A stretch of 46,463 nt of DNA from Acidimicrobiales bacterium (GTDB lineage Bacteria; Actinomycetota; Acidimicrobiia; Acidimicrobiales; Poriferisodalaceae). Under the pieces are notes generated by a model. The model searched no databases. It worked only from the letters and a program-made list of their open reading frames with translations, and was not told where the DNA came from. Location of the stretch: assembly GCA_034399415.1 (NCBI GenBank), contig DASCSY010000001.1, positions 1-46,463 of the forward strand, read 5' to 3'. Numbering within the stretch: the first letter of the stretch is position 1; every line of letters begins with the position of its first letter. This document shows positions 31,459 through 39,065 of the stretch, one piece after another. Both the position numbers and the translations under genes were made by a program.

Positions 31459-32376
31459 TCAACGCGCCGCCCGCGTATTTAAATACGTCGAGTACAGCCC
31501 CGTTGTCGCACACACGTACAACCGATTTCTCTTGAGGCCGCCAAATTCAACATTAGCTACCACTTCAGGGATTCTGATTTTCCCAATCAACATGCCGTCG
31601 TCCGCAAAGCAGTGCACACCATCACCAGCCGATGTCCAAATGTTTCCATTTTCGTCGACGCGAAAGCCATCAAAAACACCGGCTGTGCACGTCGCGAAAG
31701 TCGAGTGCGTACCCGTCAGGACCCGCCCATCTGCAGATACCTCATACGCTCGAATATCAGGGGGACAGGCTGCGCCCACATGCGAGACACCCGTGTCTGC
31801 AACATAAAGGGTGCTTTCATCGGGCGAAAAAGCGAGGCCGTTGGGACGAACCATGTCAGAAATCATCAGATCTAGCGTCCCGTCATGGTCAAGGCGATAC
31901 ACAAATGACCCGCCGATTTCAGATTCTGCCGCATCACCTTCGTAGTCACTATCGATGCCGTACGTGGGGTCGCTGAACCAAATACTGCCGTCTGATTTCA
32001 CAACGACGTCGTTCGGTGAATTCAATCTCTTGTTCTCATACCGATCGACGAGAACGCGCCGAATTCCGTCATGATCAATTCGTGTGACGGCTCGACCGCG
32101 ATGCTCGGCGGTAACTATCCGTCCTTGTAGATCCAAACAATGTCCGTTGGCATTGAAGGCAGGTTCTTCGAATATGTCGACACGACCTGTTCGTTCGTCA
32201 TACCTAAGTGTCCGGTCGTTGGGAATGTCCGAAAAAACGAGCTGTTGCGAACTCGGGACATACACCGGGCCCTCTGCCCAACGTGCTCCAGTCCAGAGGT
32301 GTTCGATGTGCGCGTTGTGAATGACTAGCCCATAAAACCTGCGATCAAGTACTTCGATCGCGGGGTCAAGCGCCAT
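31459..32376 (-). CDS. SMP-30/gluconolactonase/LRE-family protein
   Basis: 305 aa. EGPVY, NDRTLRYD, PNDVVVKSDGSIWFSDP, RPNGLAFSPDE and DGFRVDENGNIW are six-bladed propeller lactonase motifs. Confidence 0.8.
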   Translation of the reverse strand: MALDPAIEVLDRRFYGLVIHNAHIEHLWTGARWAEGPVYVPSSQQLVFSDIPNDRTLRYDERTGRVDIFEEPAFNANGHCLDLQGRIVTAEHRGRAVTRIDHDGIRRVLVDRYENKRLNSPNDVVVKSDGSIWFSDPTYGIDSDYEGDAAESEIGGSFVYRLDHDGTLDLMISDMVRPNGLAFSPDESTLYVADTGVSHVGAACPPDIRAYEVSADGRVLTGTHSTFATCTAGVFDGFRVDENGNIWTSAGDGVHCFADDGMLIGKIRIPEVVANVEFGGLKRNRLYVCATTGLYSTYLNTRAAR

Positions 32377-32499
32377 AGTTCTGCCCTGGTTGCCCGTTTG
32401 ATACCAGCAACTTCGTTCCCCCAGTTATCATTCGCCAGGAAGCTTCCACGCGAAAACCGTCAGTGGCCTTTGACGCGGAGCTTGATGTGTACAACGGCG

Positions 32500-32949
32500 C
32501 TAGTCGACCGGGCTGACTTCAACTGTTAATTGAACCCGGACATCCGAATGCAGTCGAACCTCCACGCTATGCGTCCCCACTCGACGAATAGGTTCGTCTA
32601 GCGACATATCTCTGCGGTCAAGTTCGACGCCAGTCTGAGCTTTGACGGCTTCTGCTATCTCACTTGTGGTCACAGATCCATACAACTGATCCTCTTGACC
32701 CACGCGGGCTTGAATCCCAATAACTTGGTTTTCCAATCCTCTAGCAAGATCTTCTGCGTTCTCTCGTTCTTTAAGACCTCGAAGATCACGGGATCGCTGC
32801 ATCGCTTGGGCTTGGCTAGCTGCGCCAGGGGTGGCTCTCATTGCTAGCCCCTTCGGCACAAGGAAATTCTGTGCGTAGCCATTCGTAACCTCAACGACGT
32901 CACCGGCGTTCCCTATACCTTCAACGTCGGAACGGAGAATTACCTTCAC
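32500..32949 (-). CDS. rplI: 50S ribosomal protein L9
   Basis: 149 aa. [36 protein letters not shown]. The GTG start overlaps the rpsR TGA. Confidence 0.95.
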   Translation of the reverse strand: MKVILRSDVEGIGNAGDVVEVTNGYAQNFLVPKGLAMRATPGAASQAQAMQRSRDLRGLKERENAEDLARGLENQVIGIQARVGQEDQLYGSVTTSEIAEAVKAQTGVELDRRDMSLDEPIRRVGTHSVEVRLHSDVRVQLTVEVSPVD

Positions 32950-33365
32950 TCGCTACTCACCACCTCAGAGACCTCGGCGGTCTCGTCCGGGGCCTCAAGA
33001 GACTCATCGGTTACTTCGTCAGAGATCGCCTCTTCCACAAAGTCTTCATTACGGGCATCTCTGTCAGAACGTCCGCGGCGTCTATCACCTTTTCTCTGGG
33101 TGACGACACGTTGTGCGTAGGGAATCAACGCCATTTCGCGAGCAACCTTGATCGCTTTCGCAACCTCGCGTTGTTGGTGACGGTTATTTCCAGATACACG
33201 CTGGCTTCTAATTTTTGCGCGATCCGAGACAAAAGCCCGCAACAAGTTCACGTCCTTGTAGTCGATGTACTCGATTTTGTCTTTGACAATCGGGCTGACT
33301 TTTTTCTTACGAGGTTTCCTCAGATCTTTGGCCTTTGGCCCCGGGTGCTTTTTCTTACCAGCCAC
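32946..33365 (-). CDS. rpsR: 30S ribosomal protein S18 with long basic N-terminal and acidic C-terminal extensions
   Basis: 139 aa. The S18 core reads [50 protein letters not shown]. The GTG start shares 1 nt with the ssb stop (TAGTG). Confidence 0.9.
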   Translation of the reverse strand: MAGKKKHPGPKAKDLRKPRKKKVSPIVKDKIEYIDYKDVNLLRAFVSDRAKIRSQRVSGNNRHQQREVAKAIKVAREMALIPYAQRVVTQRKGDRRRGRSDRDARNEDFVEEAISDEVTDESLEAPDETAEVSEVVSSE

Positions 33366-33811
33366 TAGAACGGCTCCTCGTCAGGAATTTCGTACCCGGC
33401 TCCAAAATCAGAACCGGCGTTAGATGGATTGGATTGGTTGGAACGAGGCGCTGCGCTTTCTCCACGTTCATTGCGACGCACCTGCGCAGTTGCCCACCGA
33501 ATACTCGGACTGACTTCATCCGCCACAATCTGCACAGCCGAACGTTTTTCACCGTTCTGACCTTCCCAGTTTCGATAATCAAGGCGGCCGTACACCACAA
33601 CTCGCATGCCTTTTGTGACGGATTCAGCCACGTTTTCCGCGAGGTCGCGCCAACAAGAAACATCGAAATAGTGAGCTTTGTCTTCACCTTGGTTTGATCG
33701 TTGGTTCCACGCGATACCAAAACCGCACACCGCTGCGCCTCCCTGGGTAAACCGGAGTTCAGGGTCGCGAGTCACATTGCCAACAAGTACGACATTATTG
33801 TCAAAAGCCAT
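33365..33811 (-). CDS. ssb: Single-stranded DNA-binding protein
   Basis: The ATG at 33811 ([21 protein letters not shown]) is preferred over the TTG at 33829. OB fold, and a C-terminal acidic tip ending DEEPF. Confidence 0.95.
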   Translation of the reverse strand: MAFDNNVVLVGNVTRDPELRFTQGGAAVCGFGIAWNQRSNQGEDKAHYFDVSCWRDLAENVAESVTKGMRVVVYGRLDYRNWEGQNGEKRSAVQIVADEVSPSIRWATAQVRRNERGESAAPRSNQSNPSNAGSDFGAGYEIPDEEPF

Positions 33812-33825
33812 TTTGATCCCCCAGA

Positions 33826-34167
33826 TCAATCGACGTCTGTTGCCGGAGTGGTTCCTGCAAGTAAGCCGCGCTTTGCCGCTTCGTCATCGGGTAGGCGAAT
33901 AAGTTTATGGCGAACGACGTCGTCTGCTATCCGCAGCGCCCGTTCCACGGGGTCCATCGCTCCACCTTCAGCTACCAGTTCGACGACTGAGTAATAGCCT
34001 TCAGTTTTGTGGTCAATTTCGTACGCAAATTTTCGGCGACCCCAAAAATCAACCTCGGCAATTGTGCCAACTTCCTCTATACGAGTGCGCAAATCTTTCA
34101 GCGCATCCTGCACTTGTACATCGTCAAGGTCGCCGTCATGAATGACCATCAACTCATAAGCGCGCAT
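33826..34167 (-). CDS. rpsF: 30S ribosomal protein S6
   Basis: The ATG at 34167 (MRAYELMVIHDGDL) is preceded by GAAGGAGG. The track ORF from 34206 would read through the leader. Confidence 0.9.
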   Translation of the reverse strand: MRAYELMVIHDGDLDDVQVQDALKDLRTRIEEVGTIAEVDFWGRRKFAYEIDHKTEGYYSVVELVAEGGAMDPVERALRIADDVVRHKLIRLPDDEAAKRGLLAGTTPATDVD

Positions 34168-34236
34168 GGCGTTTCCTCCTTCGGACCCGGTGTACCGGGG
34201 CCCCAATGGCGGGGCAGGGGTTAGAGATTTCTAACC
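34168..34236 (-). promoter_or_regulatory. Structured rpsF 5' leader (three consecutive hairpins); candidate S6:S18 autoregulatory leader
   Basis: Three stems: GGTTAGA/TCTAACC (34219-34236), GCCCC/GGGGC (34200-34215) and CCCGGT/ACCGGG (34186-34199). They lie immediately upstream of the SD. Confidence 0.3.
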
Positions 34237-34359
34237 AGACAAGAACGTTATTGCGTTCAACTATGCCCGGTTGCGTGCTCCACGGTATTGGCTGAATCCT
34301 CGAAACGCACCGGAAACGACAACGTATTAGTGCAACCGACCCGCTGAGGACGAAACTAG

Positions 34360-35928
34360 TTAGCCGTAGCGGTGCAATGCCCGCAGGACCTCGCCTGCCA
34401 ATCGTGCCGCTGCGGCTTCCCCGTCTGGGTCGCTGGCGTTCAATGCTGCAAAATTCATCCACAGACCTACCGAAAAGCGAGCACTAAAACCTCCGAACCA
34501 AGCAAGGTCCCCGGCGGAGTTAGCGCCGGGGCAACCGGCGACCACCACCTCATCAAGGTGCGCGCCGAACCCAAGACCCCTCCCCACACATTCCGTGAGA
34601 TATTCCTTCACTTGCCGCACCGTTCCTGCGTCAAGCGAAACCGACCCCTGATCGTACACACGCTCAAATTCGTTGCCGTCAGTGTCTCGAATTGCAAGGA
34701 CGACTTGCGTCTCATAACTTCGGCCGTCACCGCCAACCAAAGCGTGCGCTTGTGCAAGTTCCAGGGCCGTGATTTGGTTGGACCACTTCAGTGTCTCTCC
34801 AAAACTTTCCCACCGACGAAAGGGCTTAAGTACTTCCGCGCTCTCGATGCGTGCCTGTTCGACGAGAGAATGTCCGGTCTGATACATGACACGCACATGA
34901 TTCCGGTCGTCCAACACGACAACGACTATTTCAGCTACCCCCGACTCCTCAACTACTTGCGCAACAATCGCAGCTATAGCTTGTTGAGCCTCCAGGTCGA
35001 GCGTCGAGGCAACTTCTATTTGACCCCTGAGGACCGGCTCGTACCCATTCCGTTCCACGACCTGACCATAAATTTCCTCCAAAAACGGTTCCAGCCCCGC
35101 ACCTGGTGCAAGCGTCCGGACCGCTGCTTCGTTTGGATTGGATATCAGCAGGTTTCCAAGAGGAACCGTTCGTTGAACAACAAGTTCATCTCGGGTAATC
35201 AACCCAGCTTCATACAGCAAGGCAAGAATTTGATCTCGGCCTGCAGGGGACTCTCCCTTTGCCTCAACCCCAACCATCAAGCTGGCCATATGGGCAGCTT
35301 GTCCAATTTCGAGATCCGACGCACTCCTTCCGTACCAAGCGAGCGACGCAGCTTCCACTCCCAAGGTCGACCTGCCAAGGGGCACCTGAGACAGGTACTG
35401 CTCCAAGAGTGCTGCTCGGGGAACGGTCCGTTCGAGATGCACAACGATCGCAGCTTCGCGCAGTGCTGCCACACGCGTAGCGGCCGATCCGTTGACCAAT
35501 CTCACAAAGCGTTGCGTGATTGTCGGTGAGGTATTGGGGGAAGTAGGAGTCAGCACAATGGCGAAGAGCGGCCACGGTTCGATCCGTGTTCGCTCGAGGT
35601 ATTGGGCGTCGAGGGCGACCAACACAGCATCAACAAGAATTGGTGACATGCCCTCCAGCGTCACGGGAACCATGTTGTCTTCGGGATGGAATTGTGCGAT
35701 CTCGGTGCCGAAGCGATCGTAGACAACTGTGCCCCCGTCGAAATCCGCTGAAAATACGAGCGGTGTGACTCCCATGGTTCGGACTAAAAAGCCGATCCCG
35801 AGGATTGCGAGAATTAGCAGAAAATATAGAGACAGCCAGAACGCTGGGGCCTTAGTCGCTTTGTTCTCTCCTACAGCCTGACCAGGACTCTGCCGAAATC
35901 CTTGTTCGTTAGTTGATCGTTCAGCCAT
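34360..35928 (-). CDS. Class A penicillin-binding-protein-like protein (GT51-like plus transpeptidase-like) with apparently degenerate catalytic motifs
   Basis: 522 aa with an N-terminal TM anchor (FWLSLYFLLILAILGIGFLV). GT51-like blocks are SPTITQRFVRL and ALLEQYLSQVPLGRSTLGVEAASLAWYG. The C-terminal block DLAWFGGF resembles the post-KTG region of PBPs. It occupies the same position as ponA1 in the mycobacterial rpsF neighbourhood. Confidence 0.65.
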   Translation of the reverse strand: MAERSTNEQGFRQSPGQAVGENKATKAPAFWLSLYFLLILAILGIGFLVRTMGVTPLVFSADFDGGTVVYDRFGTEIAQFHPEDNMVPVTLEGMSPILVDAVLVALDAQYLERTRIEPWPLFAIVLTPTSPNTSPTITQRFVRLVNGSAATRVAALREAAIVVHLERTVPRAALLEQYLSQVPLGRSTLGVEAASLAWYGRSASDLEIGQAAHMASLMVGVEAKGESPAGRDQILALLYEAGLITRDELVVQRTVPLGNLLISNPNEAAVRTLAPGAGLEPFLEEIYGQVVERNGYEPVLRGQIEVASTLDLEAQQAIAAIVAQVVEESGVAEIVVVVLDDRNHVRVMYQTGHSLVEQARIESAEVLKPFRRWESFGETLKWSNQITALELAQAHALVGGDGRSYETQVVLAIRDTDGNEFERVYDQGSVSLDAGTVRQVKEYLTECVGRGLGFGAHLDEVVVAGCPGANSAGDLAWFGGFSARFSVGLWMNFAALNASDPDGEAAAARLAGEVLRALHRYG

Positions 35929-35993
35929 AGCCCTTAACTATCGGAGAGTACCTAAGGGTTATGGTCGAACAACCGCAGGACCGTGCACTGCGT

Positions 35994-36383
35994 TTAGCGG
36001 AGTGGGTACCGCCGGAGTAAGTGATTCCACCCACACGTCGCGCACACTTCCACTTCATAAGAAACAAAGTCACCTTGGCGGCGGGCGATTCTTTGTAATT
36101 CCTCGTCGGACACAACACATTTGCCGCCTGGCCCTAGACGCGGGCCGAAGACATAAGCGACAAGGCGGAGCTCTTTTTCGCTACATAAAGGACAGCTACC
36201 TCCTGTATGCGGAGCAACATTCCGAGCCACTCGGATTAACTCCGGGTGAACGTCACAGACCTCAGCTGGGTCAACTATCCCTCTTTCAACATCGCGAAGT
36301 AACCGCCGGCGTTGAAGGCGGTAGTCGACCTCGCCGAAGGAAATGTCGGTGTCGTCGGTTGCTACGCCCGGATGAAACGGCAC
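35994..36383 (-). CDS. DUF5318-like small Cys-containing protein (Rv0049-like position)
   Basis: 129 aa, GTG start. CPLC...CATCG forms a four-Cys pattern. Conserved placement next to the PBP gene; the family name is from memory. Confidence 0.55.
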   Translation of the reverse strand: MPFHPGVATDDTDISFGEVDYRLQRRRLLRDVERGIVDPAEVCDVHPELIRVARNVAPHTGGSCPLCSEKELRLVAYVFGPRLGPGGKCVVSDEELQRIARRQGDFVSYEVEVCATCGWNHLLRRYPLR

Positions 36384-36402
36384 CCGAGCAGCGTAGTCAG
36401 AC

Positions 36403-37641
36403 CTACGACGTATTTCGCCATTCCTGGATCATCGCAAGTGCTTCTTCTTTAACCATAGGCCCGTATTGCACGCGGTGTTCCATCAATCGATCGAGCATTT
36501 CGCCCACAAGCGGTCCTTCTCCACCAACAAGTTCAGCCACTTCGTGGCCATCTAAAGGAACCTGGAATTCCTTGTCACCTTCAACCTCCAGAATTTGGTC
36601 AATAGCCGACAAAAGGGACACCGAAGGTGGCTGTTTGTATGCGTTTAGCAACTCACTCGCCAGGCCTAGAGAGTGGCGGTTTCGATGGAGCAGTTGTCGA
36701 GCTGTCGATTGCTCATCGTTGTTCGCTTCAACCAAATCACGAGCAGCGTCGATGACCGCGGCAGCTGCCGACGCTGTCGCGTTCGACAGTCGTAATCGGG
36801 CCAACGCTCTCCGGGCTTCAGTTCCATCTTGTAGAACTGGCCACAATAGACATGCCCACCGCAATTCCAGGTCAGGTCTTACAAGATCTAGCGCCCCCGA
36901 ATGAAGGTCCTCGCGGGTTGCCATGTCAGGAAAGAGGCGCCCCATCAGCCCAGTTCGCTGCAGTAGTCGTATCCCACTGGTCGGATGTTCGATAGCCAGT
37001 AACTTTGAAAATTCTTCGTTGACCCGTTCCTTCGACACGATGTCGAGGCGCTCTGCCATGACATTCATGGCGTTTTCGACACCGTCAGACAAGGTGAGTT
37101 GATAATTCGACAAGAAACGTGCCGCTCGCAGCATTCTCAACGGATCGTCGGAGAAAGCTATTTCGGGTGCTAGCGGTGTTCTCAGCACCCGGTTCATTAA
37201 GTCACTTTCCCCGTCATATGGGTCCACTAGCCTCCAGTCGGGCAATTCGATGGCCATCGCGTTGATGGTGAAATCCCGTCGAGCAAGGTCTTCATGAATC
37301 TCGCTTGAGAATTCAACCTCCGGTTTGCGCGAATCCGCATGATATTGCTCTGACCGGTGGGTCGTGATTTCGACAATCACGTCGCCCTTGCGCGCCCCAA
37401 CTGTCCCGAACCGGATGCCTGGTTCCCAGGTGGAGTCCGCCCACCCTTGCAAGAGTGTTGTCGTGTCCGCTGGTGTCGCGTCGGTGGTGACATCAACGTC
37501 ACCCGTGTCGGCTCCAAGAAATAGGTCTCGGACAACCCCCCCTACAACAAAAAACGCCCACCCGGCAGCAGCAAAGCGTTCGGCTAGGTCCCCCACCCGC
37601 CTATCCACGTCATCGCGATCATCCTGTGCGATGCCGTCCAT
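36403..37641 (-). CDS. cca: CCA-adding tRNA nucleotidyltransferase / poly(A) polymerase family protein
   Basis: 412 aa. FFVVGGVVRDLFLG, DVDVTTDA and RDFTINAMA are Pol-beta nucleotidyltransferase head motifs. Confidence 0.85.
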   Translation of the reverse strand: MDGIAQDDRDDVDRRVGDLAERFAAAGWAFFVVGGVVRDLFLGADTGDVDVTTDATPADTTTLLQGWADSTWEPGIRFGTVGARKGDVIVEITTHRSEQYHADSRKPEVEFSSEIHEDLARRDFTINAMAIELPDWRLVDPYDGESDLMNRVLRTPLAPEIAFSDDPLRMLRAARFLSNYQLTLSDGVENAMNVMAERLDIVSKERVNEEFSKLLAIEHPTSGIRLLQRTGLMGRLFPDMATREDLHSGALDLVRPDLELRWACLLWPVLQDGTEARRALARLRLSNATASAAAAVIDAARDLVEANNDEQSTARQLLHRNRHSLGLASELLNAYKQPPSVSLLSAIDQILEVEGDKEFQVPLDGHEVAELVGGEGPLVGEMLDRLMEHRVQYGPMVKEEALAMIQEWRNTS

Positions 37642-37813
37642 GTAACGAAACGGTACCTTCGCTTTGCTGCAAACATCGCAAGATTATCGGGTCTCTGGTG
37701 CACAAATGGTTAGTTATCGGTGCGAACTGGTTGGAGTTACGAGTTAGTCCTGGCAACCTAATAGACCCGGATTCCATGGTGGAGCCGGAATTCACAAGTT
37801 TGATGGAGTGGGC

Positions 37814-38296
37814 ATGAAGTTCGACCTCGGAGACCGGGTGATATATCCACACCACGGGGCGGCTCTGATTACCGCGAGGGAAAAAAGGAAAGCGTTCGGC
37901 GAAGAACGTGAATACCTGATCCTTGAGACAGCCCACGGTGATTTGACGCTGTCGGTTCCAGCCGACATGGCTGACTCGGTGGGTATGAGACCCCCGATCG
38001 ACGAAGATGATGTGGAAGATCTCTTCGAACTGCTGGCCAAAAAAGACATCCGGGAGCCCGCAAATTGGAGTCGCCGTTTCAAAAACCATCAAGAAAAATT
38101 GAAGTCTGGGGACATCTACCAAGTAGCTGAGGTGGTACGAAACCTTGCGTTACGCGAATCGGCAAAGGGTTTGTCGGCTGGAGAAAAATCTATGCTTGAT
38201 AAATCCCGCCAGATACTGATTTCTGAACTCTCGATAAGCATGGATGTAACTGAAGACGAGGCGCTAGATGAGGTCGAAACGAGACTCGCGAGCTAA
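37814..38296 (+). CDS. carD: CarD-family RNA polymerase-binding transcription regulator
   Basis: MKFDLGDRVIYPHHGAAL...NWSRRFKNHQEKLKSGD...LSAGEKSML aligns closely by eye with mycobacterial CarD. The ATG at 37814 is preferred over the GTG at 37808. Confidence 0.9.
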   Translation: MKFDLGDRVIYPHHGAALITAREKRKAFGEEREYLILETAHGDLTLSVPADMADSVGMRPPIDEDDVEDLFELLAKKDIREPANWSRRFKNHQEKLKSGDIYQVAEVVRNLALRESAKGLSAGEKSMLDKSRQILISELSISMDVTEDEALDEVETRLAS

Positions 38297-38360
38297 CTCT
38301 TCAACTGAGGCGACTAATTCTGCTTGAATCCTCCCGATAACTTCATGTGGGGAGGGTCTA

Positions 38361-39065
38361 GTGTCGACAGACCAACCGCTCCACTGGAACTCCAGCGGCG
38401 TGCGCATCCGAATATCTTCTCGGCGTGGATCCGAGGCGTACCTCAGGCCAACGCGTTCCAGCAAGAGGCTGCGGCCAGACGAAATTAGGGCCACTTTAGA
38501 AATTCTTGTTCAGAGCGGGGTAAAAAGCGTCTTCACTTCAGCGATCGGACAGCCGGAACAATCATTTTTCATGAGTATCGGGTTTGAGGTACACGAAGAA
38601 TTACTTTTGTTAAGCAACGATCTCTCCACGCATGTCCCCAAGCCAGGTCGAGCCACCCGACGCGCTCTACGCTCCGACCGGGCTCACATTCTTGACATCG
38701 ACGCATCAGCGTTTCCCAAATTTTGGCAATTCGATACTGCAGGTCTGTCAGAGGCCATCAAAGCAACGCCTAGTAGCCGAGTTCGCGTTAACGCTGACCT
38801 TCCACCACAGGGTTTTGCGATAACCGGCCGCGCGGGGCGACAAGGTTTTCTCCAACGACTTGCGGTACATCCGACGCACCAAGGGAGCGGGATCGGTCGT
38901 TCCTTAGTGGCCGATGCTCTGTCGTGGCTTCAAAAAAGACGGGTGACTGATGTCTTAGTCAACACTCAATTGGGCAATTTGACTGCATTGGGACTCTACG
39001 AGTCCATGGGGTTTACCCGACAAAGCAAAGGTCTCGCGGTGTTGCGATGGGATGTGAGTGAATGA
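38361..39065 (+). CDS. GNAT-family N-acetyltransferase
   Basis: 234 aa. The acetyl-CoA motif A reads LQRLAVHPTHQGSGIGRSLV, followed by ALGLYESMGF. GTG start with a GGGGAGGG SD. Confidence 0.75.
   Translation: MSTDQPLHWNSSGVRIRISSRRGSEAYLRPTRSSKRLRPDEIRATLEILVQSGVKSVFTSAIGQPEQSFFMSIGFEVHEELLLLSNDLSTHVPKPGRATRRALRSDRAHILDIDASAFPKFWQFDTAGLSEAIKATPSSRVRVNADLPPQGFAITGRAGRQGFLQRLAVHPTHQGSGIGRSLVADALSWLQKRRVTDVLVNTQLGNLTALGLYESMGFTRQSKGLAVLRWDVSE

Noticed and set aside
34372-35529. 385-aa plus-strand ORF
   Set aside because: It is entirely antisense to the PBP-like gene. Its translation is Arg/Ser/Cys/Pro-rich with no recognisable domain, which is typical of a shadow ORF opposite a real gene.
36002-36904. 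300-aa plus-strand ORF
   Set aside because: It is antisense to the DUF5318-like gene and cca, and is Arg/Ser-rich with no motifs. I treat it as a shadow ORF.
37642-37813. Replication origin in the cca-carD divergent spacer
   Set aside because: The spacer has only two-mismatch DnaA-box-like sequences (TTGTGCACC, AATTCACA), no box cluster, no marked AT-rich unwinding element and no dnaA/dnaN nearby. It is retained only as a strand-switch observation.
37619-38122. 167-aa minus-strand ORF overlapping carD
   Set aside because: CarD on the plus strand has a full-length, high-identity match by eye. The antisense ORF has no recognisable features.
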